From the NCBI RefSeq assembly GCF_006345805.1, contig NC_043001.1:124000001-124064000 (forward strand): 64,000 bases of DNA, given 5' to 3'. A program made the translations under genes and the position numbers. The notes under the pieces are model-generated. The model was given only the letters and a program-made list of their open reading frames with translations, did no database searches and was not told the origin of the DNA. Shown in pieces: positions 1-11,964 of this stretch. Source of the stretch: Octopus sinensis (lineage: Eukaryota). Each line of letters opens with the position of its first letter. Position 1 is the stretch's first letter.

Positions 1-292
1 TGCCATTTGTGAGAGCTATTGTAGGATCTTGCATACGTTATAAGACTAACCCAGTTGTGAAAGTATCTCCGTAGTCTGATATATATAAATATAGAATAGT
101 GTATGGTATGTTTTCTGGCAGTACAAATGTTTCCCGAATTATCACTACCTGAGTGCTCTGAATGCAACGAAAAGAAAAGAAAAAAAGAACTCTTCTGGTT
201 CAAAAAATGTTTTAATGTCATTCGTGTTATATACCGAACATTTGGCTATTTTGATTTCATTATTACAAAATGCAATGTGTGTGCATATGTGC

Positions 293-293
293 G

Positions 294-360
<67 letters not shown>

Positions 361-560
361 CGCGTGTGTGCTCACCACACTACACGATGTGAGCAGACAC
401 ACACATGGTTTAACTTGGTACACACACCACACACCCTCATGCACATTCCCCCAACCAAACGAGCACATAATATCTGAACACAGACTGTACATACATACAC
501 ATTAACACACGCAACACACACACACGCACACATGCACACACGCACATACTCATATATGTA
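293..560. repeat. (TA)n and (CA)n microsatellite block
   Basis: Pure TA run at ~299-357 followed by degenerate CA runs. It explains the YI/HT-rich ORFs at 103-578. Confidence 0.9.
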
Positions 561-1221
561 GTCTCTATTTAACTTCATGCATTTACTACTCTATCTCTCA
601 TACATATTATCATATACTATATGCTAATATGTATACACATATCTACTCATATCTACCTCATATTATTTTCAACGATGGAAATAGCGACTTCGATCATCTC
701 TTTCCATCGATATTCTGTGACATTTCAGCACTATCTTTTCCTATGGATCTCCTCAATATTTAGATCGTGAATCTACTAATCAATATCGTCATTTACATTG
801 GACACTTCTTAATCCTTCAATCATCTGGTAACTAATAATATAGCCTGGATTAAGTATATTCCTTATTACTCCCTCTCCTAGCCAGCATGCGAATCTATAC
901 TCAATGATAAAAGATCTATGTACTTAGCTATTCTAGAAACAGCTCTAAGAGACTTTACCTATTTGTTATAAATACTTCATGCTCTGTTTAAATTATGAAT
1001 TAAATGCTCTAAAGCGATAGCATATGTCTGGTTTGTTCATTCTCTGTTTTTAATATATACGTACCCGCTCAAGGATGAACCTCTATTTGCCATCTTTGAG
1101 AGGTAACTTCAATACTACCTTTTCTGAGTTGCACTTAAAACCAGTGGCAAACCAAACTGAACAGTTATATTTCATACCTATTAGTTTACGTAATCAAGTG
1201 TAAATTCTTTATATATAAGTA

Positions 1222-1707
1222 CAGGTGTTGGACAAAGTAATGGAAACACCTTGAAATTTCAAACAAATTAATTTTAATAAGGGGTAGGACCGCCTTTGGC
1301 AGTAATTATAGTTTCAATTGTATGAGGTATGGACTCGTACAAAGCTTTAATTGTTTCCAAAGGAATTTTTGTCCATTCTTCAGCTTAAAACAGTCTCCAG
1401 TTCTTGTAGCGATGATAGTGGAGGATAATAAATTCTTACCTTTTTTCTAAAATGCACCATAAATGGTCAATAATATTGAGATCTTACCTCTTCGTAAGTC
1501 CGACAAATCTTCCATTTTAATGAATTTTAATTACCTTCTTCTGGTGATATCTAAAAAGAAACAGCAATTTTTGAAATAATATATTGCGCAACATTAATAA
1601 TAAATGAAAAAACGTACAAATAAACAGCGTTTTGACGGTTTTATAGATATTTCAAAATTATGATGCTATAATGCTAGGTGTTTCCATTATTTTGTCCAGC
1701 CCCCGTG
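1222..1707 (-). mobile_element. Tc1-family non-autonomous deletion derivative
   Basis: Imperfect TIRs (CAGGTGTTGGACAAAGTAATGGAAACACC vs the reverse complement of the right end, CACGGGGGCTGGACAAAATAATGGAAACACC), with TA on both sides. The minus strand near 1280-1345 reads LYESIPHTIETIITAKGGPTPY*, matching the Tc1 transposase C-terminus (LVESMPRR...AKGGxTxY). Confidence 0.85.
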
Positions 1708-1774
1708 TATATATAAATGCGTGTGTGTGTGTGCGTATGCATATGTATGTATATGTGTATGTATATATATGTAA

Positions 1775-1809
<35 letters not shown>

Positions 1810-2622
1810 CATATATACATATGAAGGGTTTAATAATACAGGCAAGAGCTTTCATATGCTCTCCTTATTTATAATAGGCTAAGAAATATTACCTCTAGTA
1901 AATGTATGAGTCCAGGTAATCTGAACTGAACAAGCTGTCACCAGTCAAACTAGTATATCCTTAGTATGGTTACCAAGTGAAGTAGGTATGTTGCTACAAC
2001 GTAATATAGAAAATACACGCAGATAACGATTTTTGTACATCAATTTAAGGCTTGTGTTTAAAGGCTTTCCAATAAATACTGGAGAGGTCTAATTACATAG
2101 TTCAAGCGTATTAATCAATCGATCCATAGTTGATCGACTGAAAGAAATAGACAGTCTCTACTCCTTTATCCTTTACACAGTCACATAATGTGTATGCGTG
2201 TCTTTGTGTGTGTGTGTCTGTGTGTATGAATGTGTGCATGTACGTACGTGTGTGTGCTCGATTATTGATGTAGTAGTTTAATATGTACACTAGTGAGTCA
2301 TCCGTTGCGCCTTGTAATAATATTAACTACAGCTATAGATCTTTACCTGCTCCTTTGTACAGAAGCACATATGACATTTCATCTGTATGACTATGCATTC
2401 AAATTTTACTTCCTTTTTGCCAATTTTCTTCTACCGAATCCCTTCACATCGTCAGTTTAAAAATTGGTTTAGCTAATTAACTTCTGGCCATTTGCCAAAT
2501 ACGGTAGATTGGCTTAGACACTTTCAGCTTGATTTACAGAAGTCTTCCAATTGCCTTAAAATTTCTAAGAAAGCGGAACATAGAGCTCAATTTCTGCACA
2601 CGCATATATATATATATATATA

Positions 2623-2835
2623 TATTATATCAAATTAGAGACAAAACCACTATTATGCAATCAAACAAGAAAGACTTAAGCCAATACATAAAATAATTTA
2701 TATGTATTGGCTTAAGTCTTTCTTTGTTTGATTTGCATAATAGTGGTTTTGTCTCTAATTTGATATAATATAATATTTTACTATAAAATTGGATTCAATC
2801 TTAAATCTGATTTTTCCTTGTAAATTTGGATTTAT
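2623..2835. repeat. TA-tract-embedded foldback element (about 70-bp arms, 10-nt loop)
   Basis: 2623-2690 is the reverse complement of 2701-2770 apart from two 1-nt indels. Both parts of the element resemble the two ends of the 20051-21251 block. Confidence 0.85.
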
Positions 2836-2845
2836 TCCCTAATAT

Positions 2846-2894
<49 letters not shown>

Positions 2895-2899
<5 letters not shown>

Positions 2900-3075
2900 T
2901 CATAAATAAGGATAATATCGATATTTAAATATCGATATTATCAAGTGGCCAGCATGGGAAAAATACCATATAAAGGTAATAATTTTTTACAACTAAAAAT
3001 AAGGGTGTCTGAGAGACACCACCATGCCGAAATAGCAGTCAAATCCCTGACTCTATAAACCACGTTAAATGTTCA
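2895..3075. repeat. TA-adjacent repeat fragment with a perfect 32-bp palindrome
   Basis: GATAATATCGATATTTAAATATCGATATTATC at 2911-2942 is self-complementary. Small stem-loop GGTGTC-TGAGA-GACACC. The motif GAAATAGCAGTC is shared with the 42330-42613 repeat. Confidence 0.6.
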
Positions 3076-3712
3076 TATCGCACCATGAGATAAGACAGAG
3101 GGGCAAAATAGACTAGCAAAAAATATTACTGAATAATTCAAGATCCTGGATTTCTAGCTTTGCTTTAAATAAGCTTTGCCTCATCAGTTGAATATATCAG
3201 ATAGGCACATAAATACAAATACATATATATGCAGAACAAACGTTATACTTACTTATACGAACGTCCAAACATACATATATATGCATATATATGTGTATAT
3301 ATATATATATATAATATATATATATATATATACATTTATGTTAATTTATTAAACATACCGTATCTAACTAGCTGACCGTTTATTTATCTCTAAGCCTATC
3401 TATTGATCTGGCCACAACATTTAGTTGACTCGTTCTGATTCCTGACGCATTTCAGTCAGTTTTGATAGATAGAATAAACAGTAATAGCGGTATGATGTCA
3501 TTTAATCGATCAAAGTCTTAATCAATAATATCATTGAAAGACAGATTTTTGCGGACACGAAACACCCTCTAAAACATACTTTAAACACATACATATAAAA
3601 CATATATAGACAATTAAGCATACATATATATGTGTGCGTGAGTGTCTGTGTATACATGCAAGTCTATACATGTATGTGCGTGTATATGCATGTATATGTA
3701 TATTTGTATAGC

Positions 3713-3977
3713 TTTATATATAAAGTTGAAGTTGTCTGTGTGTTTGTGGCAGGTTTTTTAGACTTCAAGGAACACTATCTCAAAGGTGTCTTTTTACTCT
3801 GAAAATCCCTATTTTTTACGATTTTTTGACTGCCATTTTTCGGTGTATTTCAACCAGAAAATGTTCACTTAAAGAGAATAACAAGCTACATGATGTAAAA
3901 TTTTTACTTTTCAGAAATTGCAATTCTAAAGGGTCGAAAAGAAAATAAACCCGAGCAACGCCGGGGTATACTGCTAG
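3713..3977 (+). mobile_element. Non-autonomous Helitron-like element
   Basis: Starts with TATATATAAAGTTGAAG. Ends with the GC-rich hairpin CCCGAGCAACGCCGGG about 10 nt before a terminal CTAG (3974-3977), the canonical Helitron 3' end. Confidence 0.7.
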
Positions 3978-3993
3978 TATATATAATATATAT

Positions 3994-4033
<40 letters not shown>

Positions 4034-4037
<4 letters not shown>

Positions 4038-4250
4038 TTTAAAGGACTGACCACTAAAAGTGGATGGTCAACATGCTAGATATAGACGTCAAAATCGCTA
4101 TTTTGACGTCTATATCTAGCATGTTGACCGTCCATTTTTAGTGGCCAGTCCTTTAAATTTTGTATGTAAAATATGTTAATCGGATTTTTTTAATATGCTA
4201 GGCCACTGATTTTAATTGATTAATATCACTTTCTACCCTTTCTACCCTTA

Positions 4251-4255
<5 letters not shown>
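4034..4255. repeat. TA-tract-embedded foldback element (about 62-bp arms, 4-nt loop)
   Basis: 4034-4095 is nearly the reverse complement of 4100-4161 (loop CGCT). The right end, read on the minus strand (ATAAGGGTAGAAAG..ATTAAT), resembles the start of the 13025 family. Confidence 0.85.
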
Positions 4256-4329
<74 letters not shown>

Positions 4330-5610
4330 CGAGGGGCGTTCAATAAGTAATGCCCCTGATCCACTTCCCATAGCAGTAGAGCAACGAAACTTGGCACGGT
4401 TATTAGTCTTTTTCTACATAGGAATCAGCCAGAGTTACGCATTTCTCTCATCGTTTGATGCAGCTCTGGAGACCGTTTTTGTAGAAGACCCCAGCTTGGC
4501 CTCCAACCACGACGTGACTTCAGAAATCAAGGCTGCATCATCTGGGAAACGCTTTCCTTTAAAAAACAACTTCATGGCTGGGAAGCGGTGAAAATCATAG
4601 GGTGCAAGGTCAGGAGATGGGGGAGGAGTTCAAAGCCGCACACCTGTGCTTCTGATCTGGCGACACACGAGTTGTGAACCGGAGCGTTGTCCTGCAAGAG
4701 GAGGATGCCTTTGCTGATCTTGCCCCGCCTCTTCATTTTGATAGCTTCTCTTAATTTCCTCAGAAGTGAAGCATAATAGGTTCCTGTAATTGTGGCACCC
4801 TTTGCCAGGAAATCTGTCATCACTACTCCGTCCTGGTCCCAGAAGACTGTGAGCATGACCTTGCCAACAGAGGGCTGCACCCTTGCCTTCTTTAGTGGAG
4901 GTGAGTCACGGTGTGTCCACTGCATTGACTGGGCTTTGGTCTCTGGATCATAATGATGGACCCAGGTTTTATCCTGTGTAATCAGTCTTTTGAAAAATTT
5001 TGACTCATCTTCTTGGCACATCTCCAAATTCATCCTCGAGCAATCGACGCGTTCTTGCTTCTGGAAAGATGTGAGCAACCTGGGAATCCATCTGGAAGAC
5101 GCCTTTTGCATATGCAAATGGTCATGAATGATAGTTTCCACAGACCCAGTATTAATCTTGACCTTATGGGCTATTTGGCGAATAGTTATGCGTCGATCTT
5201 CCAAAATGGCAGCCTCAACTTGATGGACAGATGCCTCATCAATGGCAGAAGTGGGGCGACCAGATCTGGGAGCTGTTTCCACAGAGTTCCGACCATGTTT
5301 GAATTCACGATGCTAGCGTTTTACAAGGTCATATGATGGGGCATCATCACCATAAGTTACTTTCATTTCATCAAAAGTCTCCCGTGGTGTGCGTCCTTTC
5401 AAATACAAAAACCGGATCACTGCTCGACGCTCAACAGGCTCCATTTCACACTTGACTCAGTTCAAACACCTGTAAATCAGAAACCACAATTAGTTGAGAG
5501 CTGTAATTTGCCACGTAATCTATAGAGATATAAATAATTGCACTTGCAAAATCTCAGCTAGATCAAATAACTACAAGTGGGTCAGGGGCATTACTTATTG
5601 AACGCCCCTC

Positions 5611-5611
<1 letters not shown>
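4330..5611 (-). mobile_element. Full-length (1282 bp) mariner DNA transposon, irritans/Hsmar2-like
   Basis: Perfect 30-bp TIRs CGAGGGGCGTTCAATAAGTAATGCCCCTGA, with TA on both sides inside a (TA)n tract. Contains a transposase ORF remnant. Confidence 0.95.
4403..5444 (-). pseudogene. Mariner DD34D transposase pseudogene
   Basis: Reads MEPVERRAVIRFLYLKG...RSGRP...WIPRLLT...ITQDKTWVHHYDPE...KVMLTVFWD...LLQDNAPVH...SPDLAPYDFH...YVEKD*. Has an in-frame stop near codon 44, a deletion/frameshift in the YSPDL motif, and a second frameshift plus a stop near the C-terminus. Confidence 0.93.
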
Positions 5612-5645
<34 letters not shown>

Positions 5646-5744
5646 TGTATGTATGAGTATATATGTATGTATATATAGATGTGTGTTTGTTTGTAAGTAT
5701 GCATAAATGAGAGGCTGCTGAAAAGATCCTGTCTTTAAAGTTAT

Positions 5745-5860
5745 CGCAAAAGGCTTGATTGGAGGCCCAAACTTCCAAGTTCTTTTACAGAGCTTAGGAA
5801 CACTGAAGATGCAATAAGTGCGTGTGTGAATCTGAAAGGGGATCATGTTGAGTGAAATCA
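5745..5860 (+). mobile_element. Degenerate mariner C-terminal remnant
   Basis: Reads LIGGPNFQVLLQSLGTL...VNLKGDHVE*, homologous to the remnant in the 24953-25239 MITE (IGGPIFHVLLQGLEKLEDRCNNCMNLRG). Confidence 0.5.
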
Positions 5861-5954
5861 TAATTAACTGATGCTCTTTCATTTTCATTCGAACTTTTCA
5901 GCGCACTCCTCATCCGTACTTTTCCTTCTATCTATCTTTAGTTAACTATATATA

Positions 5955-6157
5955 TACTCTTTTACTTGTTTCAGTCATTTGACTGCGGCCATGCTGGAGC
6001 ACCGCCTTTTATCGAGCAACTCGACCACGGCACTTATTCTTTGTAAGCCCAGTACTTATTCTATCGGTCTGTTTTGCCGAACCGCTACGTGACGGGGACA
6101 TAAACACACCAGCATTGGTTGTCAAGGAATGCTAGGGGGAGAAACACAGACACACAA

Positions 6158-6222
<65 letters not shown>

Positions 6223-6391
6223 TATATACTACGGGCTTCTTTCAGTTTCAATCTACCAAATCCACTCACAAGGCTTTGGTCGGTCCGAGGCTATAGTAGA
6301 AGACATTTGCCCAAGGTGCCACGCAGTGGGACTGAACCCTGAACCATGTGGTTGGTAAACGAGCTACTTACCACACAGCCACTCCTGCGCC
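5955..6391 (-). mobile_element. tRNA-derived SINE, family A (internal TA/CA microsatellite, AAAAGAGT-type tail)
   Basis: Head GGCGCAGGAGTGGCTGTGTGG (A box) ... GGTTCAGTCCC (B box). Homologous copies at 12497, 22387, 38223, 47721, 53764 and 59772. tRNA-derived SINEs (OK/OR families) are known from octopus, but I did not assign an exact family. Confidence 0.88.
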
Positions 6392-6793
6392 AATATATAC
6401 ATATATATGTTCAACTAAAATTAAAAGCTGTTTGAAAAATAACAAACGCAGACAAAATTTTGACATACCAAACAGTGAGAGAATAATTGTGAGGCGGAGT
6501 TTGATGATGTGAGCGATACAGATAAAGATAGATGATGAAAAGAGCATACTTTGCTTTAATTTCTAATTGAGTGTTTCACATAAAAATCAATAACGGAAGA
6601 AGCGGGTCAACAAACTTAAATATGTTTGATGTGGTAACACAGTATTAGATAATATTAATATTACCTTTTGTAACTTCCGATTCATTTCCTTGTCATGCGG
6701 CTATTTTGTTTATATGCTAATAACAAACTATCTATCATTTTGATTATCTCTCTATATATCTATCTGTCAATCTATCTATCTATCTGTCTATCT

Positions 6794-8064
6794 GAGGGCT
6801 GGGCATGCCGTGGTTGATGATGCGCAGACACGCGCTGAGACTGCGACATCTCTGGCTCTATGTAGACGACGGTGAACAGGTGTGGTCGCCGTTTGTGAGG
6901 CACGCTTTCCCGCAGCTCGTCTCCATGACCGAACTGCAGTCGTGGATCAAAAAGAGGCCGAAGAAGGGCGAATGGCACCGCGAGTGTCGCGTTGCTCTCA
7001 AGCAACTCTGCCGTCCTGGTCGACCTTAAGTGACTTCAACACAACCAAAGCATTCTATAGGGGTTTAGTGGAGGGAGGTACGACGACGAGCTCGGGCGAA
7101 CCTGGACGTCGACGAGGAGTACCTGACCCGCCTGTTCGGGACGACTTTCGGGCCAGGGCCCATGGACAACTTCCAGAGATCCCTGGCCTGGCAGTGCTAC
7201 CGAGAAGCGCTACCCGTTCGGGATAAGCTCTACAGACACGGCTCGAGAAACACGGGGGGGCCGACCTGCCCGAGATGCGGTCAGAGCGACGAAACCGTTC
7301 TGCACGCACTCGTTCAGTGTCCAACATTTCCGACCTGTGGGCTTATGTCGAACAACTGCTGTCACGTGTGGGACGAGTCGGTTTATCAGCTGAGTCTATC
7401 GTCAATATTGTCACGCCTCCTTCCTTCAAACGGGAAGGAAGAGCTATTTTCATCATCCTTGTGGCTATGGCGAAAGAATGTATCTGGTGGACGCGTCTGA
7501 AAGGATTGGAGACAAACACTTTCCTCTCTGGTCAATCTCTCATCAACTTCTCAAGTACCACTTGAAAAGGAAAGTGAGAGTAGAGAGGCAAGTTTTTCTA
7601 GAGCGAATGTTTTAAAAAGATGGGTGAATGTAGCAAGAATGGCACGTATGAAGACGAAGCCACCTTGAGCATAGTCCTATGAACCCAGAAATCGAAAACA
7701 AGAGTTGCTTATTTGCAAAAAAAAAAAAAAAAAAAAAGAAATATAAAATGTGACTTCATTGACCGAGGTTACCGTGGTCTTTTCCGCAGGCTTTTCTTTC
7801 CACGGGTAAACCTCACCTGTCCTCCCCTTTACACTTCATATTGACATTTCTGTGATACGATCCCTATTGATCATTTTTTTTTTCCTCCCCCCCCCCTTTT
7901 TTTTTTTTTTTAACCCCCCCTTATTTTTGTCCTCTTTCTCTCCTTTAACGATCCCTTTTGATCGAACCTCCCCCTTGTCCTTTTTTTAATACCTTCAAAA
8001 GAAAAGCTCTACCTTGTAATTTTTTCTATCTGTGTGCAGCCCTGTGTGGCTAAAAAGAAAACAT
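6794..8064 (+). mobile_element. Tx1/L1-clade LINE, 5'-truncated copy 1 (ORF2 C-terminus + 3' UTR)
   Basis: Closely matches 10465-11726. Carries the frameshifted CCHC motif CPRCGQSDETVLHALVQC. (ATCT)n on both sides. Confidence 0.93.
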
Positions 8065-8076
8065 ATCTATCTATCG

Positions 8077-8142
<66 letters not shown>

Positions 8143-8146
8143 CTAT

Positions 8147-8194
<48 letters not shown>

Positions 8195-8210
8195 ATATTT
8201 ATCTATCTAT
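8065..8210. repeat. (ATCT)n tract between tandem Tx1 copies
   Basis: About 145 bp of ATCT units joining the 3' end of copy 1 to the 5' end of copy 2. Confidence 0.95.
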
Positions 8211-11200
8211 GGCGGTAGTGGCACCGCGGTACTTTTTCACAAGAGCCTGGATCTCGAAGTCAAGACGATATTCGTAGACCCGGAGGGTAGACTGATCTTT
8301 CTGGATGTTGACGGCAGCAATGGGTGCGCTTTTCGACTCGTATCAGTCTACGCACCGCCCTTAACAGGTCGGGCGGATTTCTTTCGACGTCTAGAAGTAT
8401 TCTTGGGAACGTCTCGCCCTTTACTCTTAGTGGGGGATTGGAATGCTACCTTGGACACGCATGTAGACTACGTGGGTAGAGACAGAAACAGAAGGGGATG
8501 CAAATGCCTCAGAGACCTGCTCAGACGATTCCAACTGTCTGACAGGTACCGACTCGACCACCCAAATACACCAACGTTGACATGGAGCAACCGCAGTGGG
8601 TCGTCGAGATCGTATCTAGATAGGATACTGTGTAGGACAGTAGACAAGGATAACTTAGGATGTCCACAATTCCACACAGTCAGCTACACGGATCACAAAT
8701 TGGTGACGTGTACGCTAGACTTAGATAAGGCACATAGACGGTCCTGGGTACTGGAAACTGAACGCATCATTCCCGTCCAGACAAGTTTTCAGAGACCGGA
8801 TTAGCACACTAGTAAAGAGGGCTTTGACGGGAGCCATCATCAACAACAAATGGTGGTTTGCCCTCAAGAGAGCAGTAAAAGCAGAAGCGATTAGGTACAG
8901 CAAAGCACTAGCCATAGATAGAAATAGAGTAGAGGGTGAGCTAGTTAAGAAGCTAGAAGAGGCAATTAAAAGCGGCATCGCATCCGACGTTTTGGCGGCG
9001 AGGTTGGCCCTCGACCAACACTTCAACGCCAAGCAGAGGCGCAACAGGGCAACAAAACCACCATTCGGTCACTGGCGCGAATTGCTCGAGTCAAGTAAAA
9101 TGTGTGAGGCCTCTCAGCAGCATTTTGCCCGACTGTTCGAGACGAATGGAGGGCAAGAACGGAGGGTGGACTTCAGTGCCTACCTACATAGCCTGCCACG
9201 ACTCTCGACAAGAAAGGCAGGGTGCTGCGAAGGTGCCATCACAGCGGCGGAAGTGCAGGAAGCGATAGCAGAATGCTCGAGGGACAAATCACCGGGTTTG
9301 GATGGTCTACCCTACGAGTTTTACAACTGTATGCCAGACTTGTTTGGAGACGTCTTGGCAGCGGTATACTGCAACTGGCAGCAAAACGGGAGCATACCCG
9401 GTTTTGTGAGTCGAGGAGCTGTAACTCTGCTGAAGAAAGATCCAAACAAGGGAAACATTATAGATAACTTTAGACCACTCACGCTGCTCAATGCAGACCT
9501 GAAAATTTTGACAAAGGTGTTAGCCAAGATGTTGGCGCTTGTCATCGAGAAACTGGTCGACAACGCACAAACGTGCGCCGTGCCGGCCGGAGCATCCATG
9601 ACAACCTCCATCTGATGCGCTACATCATAGACAGGGTAGTTAACGAACCTGGCATGGGTGGGGCCCTGATCAACTTGGATCAATCGAAAGCCTTTAATGG
9701 GTAGACCATCGATACTTGGAGGCAGTCCTGAGAGCGGCTGGTTTCGGTCCCGTCTTCCGCGGCTGGATAGCTGCCTTGTACAGAGGCATCCGTTCGGTAA
9801 TTCGCGTAAATGGACATCTATCGAGACCCTTCGACATTGCACGTTCGGTCCGTCAGGGATGCCCCCTCTCGGCGCTTCTATACGTATTGACTCTTGAGCC
9901 ACTACTGCGGAAGCTGGCGACTCTAAGGGGCATCCCGCGAGAATTGGGATGCGGGACGAGCGTGTCTGCATACGCGGACGACGTCACCGTCATAGTCTCA
10001 AGCCACGAGCACATCGAGCGGGTCGGCGAGACACTGAAAGACTACGAAGCGGTGACAGGAGCAAAAATCAACCGGGAAAAGTCAGTGGGCCTGCGGCTCG
10101 GCACCTGGAGAAGCAAGCCCATGCCGTCCACCAGTACCTACGTCGTGGGACGCTGGACAGACGGCCCGGTTGAGTTGCTCGGGGTCTGGTTCGGTCCGGA
10201 CCTCCAAATGGAGAAGAACTGGAACGCGATAACGAGTAGGGTGGTCACTCTCGCCCAGCAATGGGCCGAGAGGAAACTGTCCCTAAAAGGTCGGGTGGAG
10301 GTGGTGAACGCGTACATCGCGTCCATCATCTACTACCGCCTGACCGTCGTACCTTGTCCCGACCCTACCATCACCAAACTAGAACGCATCCTCTTCCGCT
10401 TCTTGTGGAAAGGATGCGTCCCGATGGTCAGGCGATCTATTTGCTGTCAACACCCGTTAAAAAGAGGGCTGGGCATGCCGTGGTTGATGATGCGCAGACA
10501 TGCGCTGAGACTGCGACATCTCCGGCTCTATGTAGACGACGGTGAACAGGTGTGGTCGCCGTTTGTGAGGCACGCATTCCCGCAACTCGTCTCCATGACC
10601 GAACTACAGTCGTGGTTCAAAAAGAGGCAGAGGAAGGGCGAATGGCACCGCGAGTGTCGCGTTGCTCTCAAGCAACTCTGCCGTCCCGGGTCGACCTTGA
10701 GTGACTTCAACACAACCAAAGCATTCTATAGGGGATTAGTGGAGGGGAGGTACGACGACGAGCTCGGGGCAAACCTGGGCGTCGAAGAGGAATTCCTGAC
10801 CCGCCTGTTTCAAACGACTTTCGGCGCGGGACCTATGGACAACTTCCAGAGATCCCTGGCCTGGCGGTGCTACCGAGAAGAGCTACCCGTTCGGGATAAG
10901 CTCTATAGGCATGGCTCGAGAAACACGGGGCCGACCTGCCCGAGATGCGGGCAGAGCGACGAAACCGTTCTGCACGCACTCGTGCAGTGTCCAGCAATTT
11001 CCGACCTGTGGGCTTATGTCGAACGACTGCTGTCACGTGTGGGACGTGTCGGTTTATCAGCCGAGTCTACCGTTAATATCGTCACGCCTCCTTCCTTCAA
11101 ACGGGAAGGAAGAGCTATTTTTATCATACTTGTGGCTATGGCGAAAGAATGTATCTGGTGGACGCGCCTGAAAGGATTAGAGACAAACACTTTCCTCTCT

Positions 11201-11356
11201 GGTCAATCTCTCATCAACTTCTTCAAGTATCACTTGAAGAGGAAAGTGAGAGTAGAGAGGCAAGTTTTGTCTAGTGAATGTTTTAAAAAAAGATGGGTGA
11301 ATGTAGCAAGGATGGCACGTATGAATGACGAAGCCACCTTGACTATGATTCTATGA
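8211..11356 (+). pseudogene. LINE ORF2 (APE endonuclease - reverse transcriptase - zinc knuckle), frameshifted
   Basis: EN motifs VSVYAP, GDWNA, SYLDRI, TDHKLV; linker GPGYWKLN; RT motifs KSPGLDGLPYEFY, NFRPLTLLNADLKI, SVRQGCPLS, AYADDVT; CCHC motif. Split over the ORFs 8034-8804, 8824-9615 and 9716-11356 by frameshifts near 8740, 9590 and 9700. Confidence 0.95.
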
Positions 11357-11726
11357 ACCATAAAAACTAATACAGAGAGTTGCTAATTTGCAAAAAAAAA
11401 AAAAAGAAATATAACATGTGACTTCATTGACCGAGGTTACCGTGATCTTTTCCGTAGGCTTTTCTTTCCACGGGTAAACCTCACCTGTCCTACCCTTTAC
11501 ACTTCATATTGACATTCCTGTGATAACGATCCCTATTGATCAATTTTTTCCTCTCTTTTTTTAACCCCCCCCTTTTTTTGTCCTCTTTCTCTCCTTTTAC
11601 GATCCCTTTTGATCGAAACTCCCCCCTCTCCTTTTTATTATTATTTTTTTTAACCCTCAAAAGAAAAGCTCTACCTTGTAATTTGTTCTATCTGTGTGCA
11701 GCCCTGTGTGGCTAATAAAGAAACAT
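8211..11726 (+). mobile_element. Tx1/L1-clade LINE, 5'-truncated copy 2 (most of ORF2 + 3' UTR)
   Basis: Contains APE endonuclease, RT and CCHC domains. The 3' UTR ends ...GCTAATAAAGAAACAT|ATCT. Confidence 0.95.
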
Positions 11727-11822
11727 ATCTATCTACCTATCTGGCAGTCCGTCTGTCTATCTGTTTGGGTGTTATGTTTGTGTGTATGTATGTATGTATG
11801 TATGTATGTATCTATCTATCTC

Positions 11823-11873
<51 letters not shown>

Positions 11874-11964
11874 GTCTGTCTGTCTGTCTGCCTATATATC
11901 TATATATCTATATGTCTATATGCTTGTTTGTCTGCCTGTCTTTCTATTTGTGTATATGTCAAGA

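Noticed and set aside
860-1140. Possible degraded LINE RT C-terminus on the minus strand (LKLPLKDGK*RFILERVR)
   Set aside because: Only a short, stop-containing resemblance to LPxxxGGLG motifs.
3005-3060. GTCTGAGAGAC...GAAATAGCAGTC as a hammerhead
   Set aside because: CTGAGAG does not fit CUGANGA and sits in a hairpin loop, so the topology is wrong.
8468-11036. Minus-strand ORFs over the Tx1 element (e.g. 9321-9971, 216 aa)
   Set aside because: Antisense shadows of a GC-richer ORF2 with no recognisable motifs.
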